Shown here piece by piece: positions 49,065 through 61,538 of a DNA stretch of 64,000 bases. The position numbers and the translations under genes are program-made. This DNA comes from Eukaryota sp. TZLM1-RC (Eukaryota > Protista > Metamonada: BaSk clade). The notes beneath the pieces were generated by a model that saw nothing but the letters and a program-made list of their open reading frames with translations, was not told the DNA's origin and ran no database searches. Each line of letters opens with the position of its first letter. Within the stretch, counting starts at the first letter, position 1. The DNA is taken from assembly GCA_040285825.1 (NCBI GenBank), contig JAUPSS010000001.1, forward strand, positions 2,480,001-2,544,000. Reading direction: 5' to 3'.

Positions 49065-50306
49065 CTACAATATAGTTGTTACATGGTCTTTCTCTTTCTG
49101 TAACCTATACATTTGTGTCCAAAGTTTACTTTCCAACTGAGAAGCACAAAAATCAACTGAACCTAAAGCTTCTTTGATAGCAGTATTTTCAACAGCAACA
49201 TCAGAACGTTCGAAATAAATCACATCATCAATAGAACTTAGCTTAAAAGGAACAAAACCCTGTTGACAAAGATTTTGACAATAATTTAATAAAAATTCAC
49301 ATTGTTCAAAACCAAGAAGTTCTGACAATTGATTAAATGATAAGGAATTAAAGCAAGAAAGAAGTAATCTGATTGCATTTCGGAAAGTCAAATCAGAAAA
49401 CTTGGTTTTCAAGGGAAATAAAAACAAATTGAATGTAAAAGATTCAGAAAGATCTCTGACTGATTCTAGAAATGTTGGAAAACTTAAAGCACAGTAATTG
49501 ATGACAGCATTTGAAAATAATTCATCTTCACCCAAAATGTACCGTAAAGCAGAATTTTCAACAATATTAATGGTCAACCAATCACTAGAGCAATTTAAAA
49601 GACCACCAACTACCACAAACTTTGCTATTTCTGTTGCAGAAACTAAATCAGGAAGAATTGACTTCTCTGCAACAGACTTTAATAATAAAGGTAATGATTC
49701 TTCAAATCTTGTTAAATTGAAATAAGAGAAACCTTGTAAAAGGTCAAGCTTGGAAATAGAGTCGGCAAAGGAGTAAGAATCCTTAGAATCATGATCTTTT
49801 ATCAAAACTCTACATCTTTCTATATGAACAAGCGCTTCTGAGAACTTCGACAAATGACAACAGACCACGCACAACAAAACAAGAATTTCAACAGTAGTTG
49901 ATAAAGACCCAAGGTTGTCTCTTAAATCCTGAAGAACAAGATAGGCAGAATCTAGGTTACCGACACTAAGAAAAGCATGGGCTCTGGCTAGTGAAGTTTG
50001 TCTTATGTGTTCAGAAATCATTGTACTGAGACTTTGTTGGCGATCTTCATTGAGTTTGGCGAGAGTAGTTTTGAAACAATGTTCCTGATCGATTAACCAA
50101 GAACCAAGATGTGTTTGAAAAAGAGTCTCAAATTGAGGGTTTTCTACTAACCAAGCTTTGACTAGTGAGAATAGCGTTGTGGATTGCAAAAAATGAATTG
50201 TAGCAGCAACGATATCAGAGTGGCTGGGAGAACTATGTGATACCACTGTCATATGGAGCATACGTCTTGCCTTAGCAAGAGCAGAGAGATCTTCATCAAT
50301 GTACAT
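49065..50306 (-). CDS. PCI-domain protein, COP9 signalosome subunit 1 / Rpn7 family
   Basis: EHIRQTSLARAHAFLSVGNLDSAY...RD and LVSATEIAKFVVVGGL resemble CSN1; C-terminal FNSLSFNQLSELLG fits the PCI winged helix; 413 aa. Confidence 0.68.
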   Translation of the reverse strand: MYIDEDLSALAKARRMLHMTVVSHSSPSHSDIVAATIHFLQSTTLFSLVKAWLVENPQFETLFQTHLGSWLIDQEHCFKTTLAKLNEDRQQSLSTMISEHIRQTSLARAHAFLSVGNLDSAYLVLQDLRDNLGSLSTTVEILVLLCVVCCHLSKFSEALVHIERCRVLIKDHDSKDSYSFADSISKLDLLQGFSYFNLTRFEESLPLLLKSVAEKSILPDLVSATEIAKFVVVGGLLNCSSDWLTINIVENSALRYILGEDELFSNAVINYCALSFPTFLESVRDLSESFTFNLFLFPLKTKFSDLTFRNAIRLLLSCFNSLSFNQLSELLGFEQCEFLLNYCQNLCQQGFVPFKLSSIDDVIYFERSDVAVENTAIKEALGSVDFCASQLESKLWTQMYRLQKEKDHVTTIL

Positions 50307-50366
50307 ATTTTAAGATGAAAGACATAAAATGCATTCTTTTTAAATTTCCTACTTATAACAAACCAT

Positions 50367-53300
50367 ATGAGTGACACAACTCCACTCTACATTTCTTATG
50401 ATACAGACACTTCTAGCTCGGGAGTCAGTGAGTTTTTTGACTGTGTCTCCTATAGTGACTTTGCTTTTGAGGAAGAAGACTTGGTAACGTGTAAGGATTA
50501 TTCTGATTCTGACTCTGTGTTCAGTGACGACTCTTTGGTTCCTAAATTCAATACTTTATCTCTCTCTCAAAATGACACCAACAGACTGACTCTCAACTAT
50601 TCTACCTATCACTCCACTGACCAAGTTGCTCATAATTCTATAGAAAGTTTAGAAGTTATTGATAAGGAAACTGATTCTCTCCAAGTTGATCAAGAAAACT
50701 CTATAGAAAATTTAGAAATTTTTGATAAGGAAACTGATTCTCTCCAAGTTGAACAAGAAAACTCTATAGAAAATTTAGAAATTATTGATAAGGAAACTGA
50801 TTCTCTCCAAGTTGATCAAGAAAACTCTATAGAAAATTTAGAAATTATTGATAAGGAAACTGATTCTCTCCAAGTTGAACAAGAAAACTCTCTAGAAAAT
50901 ATAGAAATTATTGATAAGGAAACTGATTCTCTCCAAGTTGATCAAGAAAACTCTCTAGAAAATTTAGAAATTATTGATAAGGAAACTGATTCTCTCCAAG
51001 TTGAACAAGAAAAACTCTCTAGAAAAATATAGAAATTATTGATAAGGAAACTGATTCTCTCCAAGTTGATCAAGAAAACTCTCTAGAAAGTCAAGAAAAT
51101 TCTCTAGAAAGTTCAGAAGTTATTGATAAGGAAACTGATTTTGTCCAAGTTGAACAAGAAAACTCTCTAGAAAATTTAGAAAACTTTCTAGAAAGTTCAG
51201 AAGTTATTGATAAGGAAACTGATTTTTGTCCAAGTTGAACAAGAAAACTCTATAGAAAATTTAGAAATTTTTGATAAGGAATCTGATTCTCTCCAAGTTG
51301 AACAAGAAAAACTCTCTAGAGAGTTCAGAAAATTCTATAGAAAGTTCAGATGTTATTGATAAGGAAACTGATTCTCTCCAAATTCATCAAGAAAACTCTC
51401 TAGAAAGTCAAGAAAATTCTCTAGAAAGCTCAGAAGTTATTGATAAGGAAACTGATTCTCTCCAAGTTGATCAAGAAAACTCTATAGAAAATTTAGAAAT
51501 TATTGATAAGGAAACTGATTCTCTCCAAATTCATCAAGAAAACTCTCTAGAAAGTCAAGAAAACTCTCCAGAAAGTTCAGAAGCTATTGATAAGGCAACT
51601 GATTCTCTCCAAGTTGAACAAGAAAACTCTATAGAAAATTTAGAAATTATTGATAAGGAAACTAATTCTCTCCAAGTTGAACAAGAAAACTCTCTAGAAA
51701 GTTCAGAAGCTATTGATAAGGCAACTGATTCTCCAAGTTGAACAAGAAAACTCTCTAGAAAATTTAGAAATTATTGATAAGGAAACTGATTCTCTCCAAG
51801 TTGAACAAGAAATCTCTATAGAAAATATAGAAATTATTGATAAGGAAACTGATTCTCTCCAAGTTGATCAAGAAAACTCTCTAGAAAGTCAAGAAAATTC
51901 TCTAGAAAGTTCAGAAGTTATTGATAAGGAAACTGATTCTCTCCAAGTTGAACAAGAAAACTCTCTAGAAAATTTAGAAATTATTGATAAGGAAACTGAT
52001 TCTCTCCATGTTGATCAAGAAAACTCTCTAGAAAGTCAAGAAAATTCTCTAGAAAGTTCAGAAGTTATTGATAAGGAAACTGATTCTCTCCAAGTTGAAC
52101 AAGAAAACTCTCTAGAAAGTCAAGAAAATTCTCTAGAAAGTTCAGAAGCTATTGATAAGGAAACTGATTCTCTCCAAGTTGATCAAGAAAACTCTCTAGA
52201 AAGTCAAGAAAATTCTCTAGAAAGTTCAGAAGTTATTGATAAGGAAACTGATTCTCTCCAAGTTGAACAAGAAAACTCTCTAGAAAATTTAGAAATTATT
52301 GATAAGGAAACTGATTCTCTCCAAGTTGAACAAGAAAACTCTATAGAAAATTTAGAAATTTTTGATAAGGAATCTGATTCTCTCCAAGTTGAACAAGAAA
52401 ACTCTCTAGAGAGTTCAGAAAATTCTATAGAAAGTTCAGATGTTATTGATAAGGACACTGATTCTCTCCAAATTCATCAAGAAAACTCTCTAGAAAGTCA
52501 AGAAAATTCTCTAGAAAGTTCAGAAGCTATTGATAAGGAAACTAATTCTCTCCAAGTTGAACAAGAAAACTCTCTAGAAAGTTCAGAAGCTATTGATAAG
52601 GCAACTGATTCTCTCCAAGTTGAACAAGAAAACTCTCTAGAAAATTTAGAAATTATTGATAAGGAAACTGATTCTCTCCAAGTTGAACAAGAAATCTCTA
52701 TAGAAAATATAGAAATTATTGATAAGGAAACTGATTCTCTCCAAGTTGATCAAGAAAACTCTCTAGAAAGTCAAGAAAATTCTCTAGAAAGTTCAGAAGT
52801 TATTGATAAGGAAACTGATTCTCTCCAAGTTGAACAAGAAAACTCTCTAGAAAATTTAGAAATTATTGATAAGGAAACTGATTCTCTCCATGTTGATCAA
52901 GAAAACTCTCTAGAAAGTCAAGAAAATTCTCTAGAAAGTTCAGAAGTTATTGATAAGGAAACTGATTCTCTCCAAGTTGAACAAGAAAACTCTCTAGAAA
53001 GTCAAGAAAATTCTCTAGAAAGTTCAGAAGCTATTGATAAGGAAACTGATTCTCTCCAAGTTGATCAAGAAAACTCTCTAGAAAGTCAAGAAAATTCTCT
53101 AGAAAGTTCAGAAGTTATTGATAAGGAAACTGATTCTCTCCAAGTTGAACAAGAAAACTCTCTAGAAAATTTAGAAATTATTGATAAGGAAACTGATTCT
53201 CTCCAAGTTGAACAAGAAAACTCTATAGAAAATTTAGAAATTTTTGATAAGGAATCTGATTCTCTCCAAGTTGAACAAGAAAACTCTCTAGAGAGTTCAG

Positions 53301-55081
53301 AAAATTCTATAGAAAGTTCAGATGTTATTGATAAGGACACTGATTCTCTCCAAATTCATCAAGAAAACTCTCTAGAAAGTCAAGAAAATTCTCTAGAAAG
53401 TTCAGAAGCTATTGATAAGGAAACTGATTCTCTCCAAGTTGAACAAGAAAACTCTCTAGAAAGTTCAGAAGTTATTGATAAGGAAACTGATTCTCTCCAA
53501 GTTGAACAAGAAAACTCTCTAGAAAATTTAGAAATTATTGATAAGGAAACTGATTCTCTCCAAGTTGAACAAGAAAATTCTCTAGAAAGTCAAGAAAATT
53601 CTCTAGAAAGTTCAGAAGCTATTGATAAGGAAACTGATTCTCTCCAAGTTGAACAAGAAAACTCTATAGAAAATATAGAAATTATTGATAAGGAAACTGA
53701 TTCTCTCCAAGTTGATCAAGAAAACTCTCTAGAAAGTCAAGAAAATTCTCTAGAAAGTTCAGAAGTTATTGATAAGGAAACTGATTCTCTCCAAGTTGAA
53801 CAAGAAAACTCTCTAGAAAGTCAAGAAAATTCTCTAGAAAGTTCAGAAGCTATTGATAAGGAAACAGATTCTCTCCAAGTTGATCAAGAAAACTCTCTAG
53901 AAAGTCAAGAAAATTCTCTAGAAAGTTCAGAAGTTATTGATAAGGAAACTGATTCTCTCCAAGTTGAACAAGAAAACTTTCTAGAAAGTTCAGAAGTTAT
54001 TGATAAAAAAACTGATTCTCTCCAAGTTGAACAAGAAAACTCTATAGAAAATTTAGAAATTTTTGATAAGGAATCTGATTCTCTCCAAGTTGAACAAGAA
54101 AACTCTCTAGAGAGTTCAGAAAATTCTATAGAAAGTTCAGATGTTATTGATAAGGACACTGATTCTCTCCAAATTCATCAAGAAAACTCTCTAGAAAGTC
54201 AAGAAAATTCTCTAGAAAGTTCAGAAGCTATTGATAAGGAAACTGATTCTCTCCAAGTTGAACAAGAAAACTCTCTAGAAAGTTCAGAAGTTATTGATAA
54301 GCAAACTGATTCTCTTCAAGTTGAACAAGAAAACTCTATAGAAAATTTAGAAATTATTGATAAGGAAACTGATTCTCTCCAAGTTGATCAAGAAAACTCT
54401 CTAGAAAGTCAAGAAATTTCTCTAGAAAGTTCAGAAGTTATTGATAAGGAAACTGATTCTCTCCAAGTTGATCAAGAAAACTCTCTAGAAAGTCAAGAAA
54501 ATACTCTAGAAAGTTCAGAAGTTATTGATAAGCAAACTGATTCTCTTCAAGTTGATCAAGAAAACTCTCTAGAAAGTTCAGAAGTTATTGATAAGGAAAC
54601 TGATTCTCTCCAAGTTGAACAAGAAAACTTTATAGAAAATTTAGAAATTATTGATAAGGAAACTGATTCTCTCCAAGTTGATCAAGAAAACTCTCTAGAA
54701 AGTCAAGAAAACTTTATAGAAAATTTAGAAATTATTGATAAGGAAACTGATTCTCTCCAAGTTGATCAAGAAAACTCTCTAGAAAGTCAAGAAAATTCTC
54801 TAGAAAGTTCAGAAGTTATTGATAAGGAAACTAATTCTCTCCAAGTTGAACAAGAAAACTCTATAGAAAATTTAGAAATTATTGATAAGGAAACTGATTC
54901 TCTCCAAGTTGATCAAGAAAACTCTCTAGAAAGTCAAGAAAATTCTCTAGAAAGTTCAGAAGTTATTGATAAAGTAACTGATTCTCTCCATGTTGATCAA
55001 GAAAATTCTCTAGAAAGTCAAGAAAAGTCTCTCAAAATTTCAGAAGAGAAGAAGAGTTGTTTTTGCTGTACCCTCATGTAG
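50367..55081 (+). CDS. Highly acidic repeat protein (~1,570 aa) with C-terminal CaaX box; frameshifted in the assembly
   Basis: Unique N-terminus, then IDKETDSLQVEQENS(L/I)E repeats across ORFs 50367-51032, 51271-51741 and 51713-55081; ends KKSCFCCTLM*. Confidence 0.8.
50635..55032 (+). repeat. Coding minisatellite of 63-bp and 84-bp units (21/28 aa) with an 882-bp higher-order duplication
   Basis: gataaggaaactgattctctccaagttg recurs every 63 or 84 bp; identical blocks at 52204 and 53086 (offset 882) and a near copy at 53905. Confidence 0.96.
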
Positions 55082-56496
55082 AATTAGATATATTGTTTAC
55101 TTTTATGAGTTTATTGTTTTTTTAGTTTTCTCTGTTTTAAATTGGTAAATAATCACCTTCATCTTGTTATTTTTGAAATGCTGTTTGGAAATGGTTGTAA
55201 CATCTAAGCTATTCTTATTTATTACCTTCTGTTACAGTCCATCAATTGCAATCTCTATTGATTGAACCCCATATATAAAAGGGACAGCACTTGATAAAAA
55301 GTTGAGCTTTGAACACTGTGTTTTTCCATTTCACATTCCAACAATCTTTACTATTTTGACATTATTAAACAATTGTATATAATAATAATTGTACATACAC
55401 AATGTACAAAATTACATTTGCGACAAAAATTACAATAACGATGTTCCGGCTGAAACAAATACTAGTATCTTGTATGGTTGACTTCACAAATGAGGTGAGA
55501 GGTTTGTATATTTTAGAAGCGTACAAAATGATCATTTTTCTGACGACCGTTTATTACAGGCCCTACAACTGTTGGTAAAAACAATTTAGAATTACATCGT
55601 CACGGGGGAGATAATTTTTTTAACATAATAGACCTAAATGGAGCTGAAACAAATCCAACTAATTTTGTTTACATTTTGCTTCCTTTGGCCGATCACCATG
55701 TTGTTTACTGTGATTTATCCTCACTTTTGCCGTAAGTCTCAAGTGATTAAAGAAAGTTGATTGATTTTCTACTCATATTACATGAGTCTTAGGGCACCAA
55801 CACTGCTTCTTCTCTTTTTCAAAATAAATCAGCTTATATGAATATGAAGCAAAAATTATAAACAAATAGCTCAATAACTATAAATAACTAGATATACCAA
55901 GAGCTAAAAAGCAATGTGTTCTATTGTTTACTATTATCTTTACGTGGATTCGTATTTACACAAACACTAGTTTTACATTTTGAAGAGCGACCATTAATGT
56001 ACTAATAATGTAGAATATGGAGGTTAAAAACAACTGAAAGAGCCTCGCTTCAATCTATGTGTGTTTGAATGCATTATTGGGTGTGTTGTAATCGCTATAT
56101 AAAGACGCTCTGCTTCTTCCCGTTTACGTCAACTAGCAACGTCGTAGTATAGCTTAGTAAAGGTATTATGGGATCGAATAGTGGATTCGCTCATAATTGT
56201 ACAGGATTTTTGTTGGATTGACAACAACAGTAGGCAAAGAAACATTCGCAACCTTGCCCTTGTGGTACATTAACAAAGAAGGTGCAGTCTCTGTTCGAAA
56301 CCTCGTATGTAGTCGACTCTTTTGTTTTGCTCCATAAGGTAGGAAACTGCTGCCTCCCCTTTTATGTCATCTAGATGAACATGAAAATCATCATACACTC
56401 CTAAGGGGGTCGACGTGCTCGATGTGGGATCTTCATCCGTCTACTTAACATTGGATTCTATTTCTGGGAGGGGAGGGGGAATTTGGTCCGTTCGTG

Positions 56497-56532
56497 TCAA
56501 TTATGAAAAAACAATTGGTTTTTCATAATTGA
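56497..56532. repeat. 36-nt near-perfect palindrome
   Basis: tcaattatgaaaaa-a-caattg-g-tttttcataattga; one mismatched pair. Confidence 0.85.
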
Positions 56533-56602
56533 AAGTTAAAATTTATTTAAATTGTGCACTTTGATCTTTGAAGATCATTTAATTTAAATGTAATAATAAT
56601 AA

Positions 56603-57310
56603 TCGATGCTTTCCCCAATCATTCGATGGCAATATTCCAGAAAAAAATGTTTTAAATTTGAAGTACAATCTTCGAACATTACAGAAACGATTGACTGGAA
56701 TGTATGAAAAAGATCTTTATAATAATATATGCAGCTCGGCTGTTTTAAATCAAGATCTTCACTCATTGTTATTGTAAAAGGGTGTTTGTGAAAACAAGTC
56801 ATCAGATTCTTCACTTTTTGTAACCATTGTACCACGCAGATTGGGATTGTGTGCCACTAATGAAGCATTTGTAACAAAAATGAGATTATATTTGAATATC
56901 CCCATTTATCAATTATTATCAAAAGAAAAATGTATTTGTTCGAATTCACCTCAACTCACTTTGCACCATGCTCTGAATTGCTCTAAATTGATAACTTATC
57001 GTTCTTCATTACATGATGCTGTTAGGGACACTGTTTTCAATATGACACAAACTGCAAGAATATCGTGTATCAAAGAGCCCCTGTTGAAGGAAACACTTTC
57101 TCTGAATAATTTTGGTTCTGATGATAGAGGTGATGTATACTGTGATTGGATTGATAATTCTGAAGCTATTGTTGACTTTGTCTCATGTAATGTTGCAAAT
57201 GATACTTTGGTTCACAGAAGAAAACTTAATCCTGTGGCTGCTCTGGATTTTAAAGCAAAAGAGAAACATAGAAAATATGATAAAGATATTGAAGAGGCTA
57301 ATGTCGATAG
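56603..57310 (+). mobile_element. Internal fragment of the same RLE non-LTR family as 42992-44236
   Basis: Near-identical DNA to ~43220-43927; similarity ends abruptly after gaggctaatgtcgatag. Confidence 0.92.
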
Positions 57311-58045
57311 GAGGCATTTTCGATTTTGAATCCAACGTACCACTTTTGCAAGACCTCAAATTTAAGAATGAACGTCTTCAAAAGAGATGGGAAGAAGCAA
57401 AGCATCACCAACTATTAAATACACCCAGTCATACGAAAAACATAGATGAAAATACATTTAATGTTGGTGACTATATTCTTCGAAAGAACAACCTAATAAA
57501 TTGCATGGATCTTGGTTTGGGCCGTATCTGGTTTTAGAAACGCCTTCCAACTCCATTTTATTAATAAAGAACCTGACGACTGGTGAACAAACTAAAATAT
57601 CTAAGAGGGACTGTAAAATTTACAACGCTGACGATCCTAACGATGTCGATCTACTTAGGGCCATCGCAACCACAGATTCAGGTAAACATGTCATCGAGGA
57701 AATCCTTGACGAGTATAATACTGCTCAAGGACCCTTCTGTACTGTAAGATGGTTTGGTGGAGATACCTCCGAGGAACCACTCCATTCTATCAGATATTCA
57801 GAAGCGTATCAACGATTTAATAAGAAACCAAATAAAAGAAAACGTAAATCTACTAAATCCAACAACGCAGCTCGGGCTCTCCCCGTGCCTCAGCAAAAGC
57901 GTTATCCGCAAAGGAAGCGGAAAAACAATAGTACATAATTTTAATTAAGAAAACGGGAGAAGGAAGTGTAGGTATCTCACTAGTGAGTACCTAAGTATAT
58001 AGAATAACATTAAATAAAATTATCTTTATCTTAACCCGCCTTACA
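57311..58045 (+). mobile_element. 3' end of a Ty3/Gypsy-like (chromodomain) LTR retrotransposon: integrase tail, polypurine tract and candidate short 3' LTR
   Basis: FNVGDYIL...LHGSWFGPYLV (GPY/F motif); HVIEEILDEY...FCTVRWFGGDTSEEP (chromodomain-like); purine run aagaaaacgggagaaggaag (57947-57966) directly followed by TGTAGG...CCTTACA. Confidence 0.75.
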
Positions 58046-58419
58046 CATACATCTAACATACAGCTAGCATGTTGCCTAACGGCAACATTGTTTGAAATCC
58101 AGTTCAATGTGCTCTAATTAATGTCAATAGTCTGCTGTTTTTCTGAACAAACTGTGGCAAAGATTTGTTAGAGACTAATCTTTGCTAATTAACTACCAAA
58201 ATATTTCAGAAAATATTCATTGACCTTGGCATTGACGTTGGCCACCCACCTAGCCAATGTCCATTCAGCTTCCTACCAAGTTTGTACATGCCCTTCGTGA
58301 GTGCACCATTAACTTCTTGGTTCCATGATTCTCGTAACATTAGTTATGAATTAATTTTATTAAGTGTACATGTTCAATAAATATTTACACAAACAGTTGA
58401 ATAAAACTAACAATAAACG

Positions 58420-59763
58420 TCACAATTGATGCAAATAGTCAGAAATTTCATCAGCAAAACTACCAAAATTCAACCAATCAATTTCCAAAAAATCCCGTTC
58501 AAAATTTAAACTTTCCAAGTAATTCAAACCAGCTGTACAAGTGACTACTGTGAATCCTGCCTCTGAACAAGCTAATTCATCAGGCAAAAGCTCGTCAATT
58601 ATCCAAACATCAACAATTAGATCAACGTCTTGTAAATACACCAAAAGAAAGCAGAATAAGGACAGCAAATGATCTGTTGTTAATGGTATTGAAGAACAAC
58701 CACTAGTTGAACAATAAGAATTAACTTCCTTCTGTAAATAAGTGAAAGCTGCAGAAAATTGAGCTATTTTTCCAGCAATGGACGAAATATCTTTAATCTC
58801 AATTAATGATTCTTTTGCCAAAGGAAACAGCTCATCAAATGTATGATTATTTGACTTAAACACAAATTGCATTTCTTTTGGAACTCCTAATATGTCCATA
58901 TTGGATTTGAATTTAGCAAGCAATTTTTTAAATTTTAATAGTAAGCAATTAATTTTTGACTTAAACACCCACTTTAAACAAGTTCTGAGGTTTTGGTGGA
59001 TAGTGTCCATCAGTAAATCTAAAATAAAGATTTCAAAACTTGTATCAAGAAATTCTGATGTTTTCTGATGGAATTCCTTATTTGCAGACAAAGCCACGGT
59101 GATTAACTGAATATTATGTTTTGTTTTTTGAATTAAGTGAGTCGAATCTAAACTAGAAACTAAAGTCATTAACGAAGAAAAAGAATTTCCAACAGTGGTA
59201 GCTGTATCGGTTAATAGTGATTTGACTTCACTAATGACATCAGCTTTGGAATTAATGTTAGATATATATTTACTGTCAAAAAACCTGGGTCTTTTTGATG
59301 GGAAAAGACTAGAAAGTCTTGAGGATTCCTTAGTATTTGATCTTTTTCTTCCCTGTTTAAAGCTATTTTTGCTTTCTGCATGAGATTTACAGGTTGTTAA
59401 GTCAAGTTTGGCACGGATTGCAGCATTAAGAAGTTGTTGTTGTTGTCTTTTGGACATTTGTAGGTTCTCATGTGTTTTGGTTATAAAATTGAAAGTTGCT
59501 TGTGAAGTTAACCCTTTGAGTTCATAAGAAGATACAGAGGTTTGTAATCGGCTGAGATGACGTTTACGATGCTGTAAGAGCTGGGTGTTGAGATACTTAT
59601 AATATGAATCAATTTCTAATAACTTTGAGTAGACAATATCATCATCGAGTAGTTCGTCCTTCTCTAGCCCACCAGTAATAGAGAGTGGACCTGAGAGTGG
59701 GACAGGGGGATGCATATAGAGGTCTTCAAATTGAATTGAGATTTCAACACTGATTTCTGTCAA
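58420..59763 (-). CDS. VPS9-domain protein (Rab5-family GEF-like); true start uncertain
   Basis: C-terminal PLTTDHLLSLFCFLLV and SEAGFTVVTCTAGLNYL match the VPS9 motifs (ADD.LP...Y; GE.GY.......A..Y). Track start is TTG. Confidence 0.72.
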   Translation of the reverse strand: MTEISVEISIQFEDLYMHPPVPLSGPLSITGGLEKDELLDDDIVYSKLLEIDSYYKYLNTQLLQHRKRHLSRLQTSVSSYELKGLTSQATFNFITKTHENLQMSKRQQQQLLNAAIRAKLDLTTCKSHAESKNSFKQGRKRSNTKESSRLSSLFPSKRPRFFDSKYISNINSKADVISEVKSLLTDTATTVGNSFSSLMTLVSSLDSTHLIQKTKHNIQLITVALSANKEFHQKTSEFLDTSFEIFILDLLMDTIHQNLRTCLKWVFKSKINCLLLKFKKLLAKFKSNMDILGVPKEMQFVFKSNNHTFDELFPLAKESLIEIKDISSIAGKIAQFSAAFTYLQKEVNSYCSTSGCSSIPLTTDHLLSLFCFLLVYLQDVDLIVDVWIIDELLPDELACSEAGFTVVTCTAGLNYLESLNFERDFLEIDWLNFGSFADEISDYLHQL

Positions 59764-61538
59764 TTACCCGGATTACTTCCTTAAAGGCACCATAATTTGA
59801 TCATAATCACCTGGATTTTACGTTTATTGAGGAACCACTTGAAAGAACTGTGTCTCGTAGTAGCACTGTCCATCAGCAGAAAATCATTGTTCAACAATAA
59901 AAAGCACATGGGTGAACAATTTGAGTAAGTACATTATCAAACACTCCGCAATTTCATTAAGAAATTTGGACAATGTTTTCAGTGTTCAGGAATAGTGGGA
60001 TTCAGTAAAAGTGAGAAAGTGATTTTTTGAAATAACACTTGGCAAACTGGACTGAACCAATAAGATTTATTCTTGATTAGTTGTGTTAATTTTCCCTTAT
60101 AACAGAAACTTGAAATATTGGTTCAGAAAGCGTCGGTATCACACAAACTTGTTGTAGCTTTAGTTTGCACAATGAGAACTTTCTCAGCACACAAATCATT
60201 TATGAAAGTGATTCGACCATATACAATTGATAACTTGTCAGAATGCTCACAGCAAACATTAACGAGTTTTAAGCAATTCTTCTTTCCATTAAGCTTGACA
60301 GTGATGTAAAAAACTGTTTATTATTAACAAAGAACTGTTTTTCTATGAGCAATCAGCATGAAATACTGAGAATGAAACACTGTTAAATTACTACACATGG
60401 TATCTATAGTACTTTACTCCATCAAACAACCATATGCAGGATTTTCGGGCATAAACGATGCAGTATGAGTATTTAAGAGCTTGAAATGCAACATTGGTGC
60501 AGACAGTTTTCATTGGAAACTTAAACAGGATTAGCTTCATCCATTCAAGACTTTGATTTTTCCTATTTTTTAGTACATGTCTTCTGTCTAAATATTGCTC
60601 CCGTTGGTGTTAACTTACAATCAAGACTGTTTTTGTACCTGCTTAACTGTCCCCTTTTGTGATAATAATCCAACCAGATCAGGTCCCAACTCAGTCACCA
60701 CTTAATGGAAACTTTACATAATGATTTGTGTGATTGATTAAGTCACAGTAAATGTCATAACGATCTAGGAAAGAAAGTAGGATGTTGAAACAATTATTTA
60801 AGATTGAATCAAGTCTCCATTCAGGTCTATAATGTACTTCAGAAATTCGAAAACTTAAACAACTGCAACAAAGTGGATGTTCCAGATTGACATAATGAAC
60901 ACATTGGAGACAATAGTTTAGATCCATTTGGCATTTGCAACAAATTTTCTATCGTAGTAAGCAATACAATCAAGGAAGAATTGACCTTAAACACAATAAG
61001 TCTTGGAGGTAGATCAATAAACATGGAGCAACCAGAGATGAGAAGCGAAGTGTTTGTCGCAGTTAAATATAACATTATTCATTGTTGGTGAATCATTACA
61101 CTTCATGGTTGTATGAATCCTTTGAACTTTTATTTTTTTTTCTATTTGGAATTTAGGAATAACTGATGTGTGGTTTTGGATTCTTTTCAATAGGTTTTCT
61201 TCCTCAATCAGTCAACAATATTTGTCCAACTTTCTAGTTAAATTTCCTTTATATTTACCATTACAGTAGAACAATATACTAGAATCAAAAATATCTTTTT
61301 TTGGGCTGAAATTGAGAGAAGATCAAAAAATGAAAACTGTTGAGTAAATTTTAAAAGCATTAACATTCTATTTAATTGATTCTTTCTACTTAGTATTCTA
61401 CCTAACCATCACCTAGAGCTGCAAAAGATTTAACTTACAAATTGAAGGACGAAATAATGTTTATTCACAAAATAAATAAAATAATTAAATAAAAAAGATA
61501 GTTCATATTAGTGTAAATATTTATAAAGTTAAATAAAA

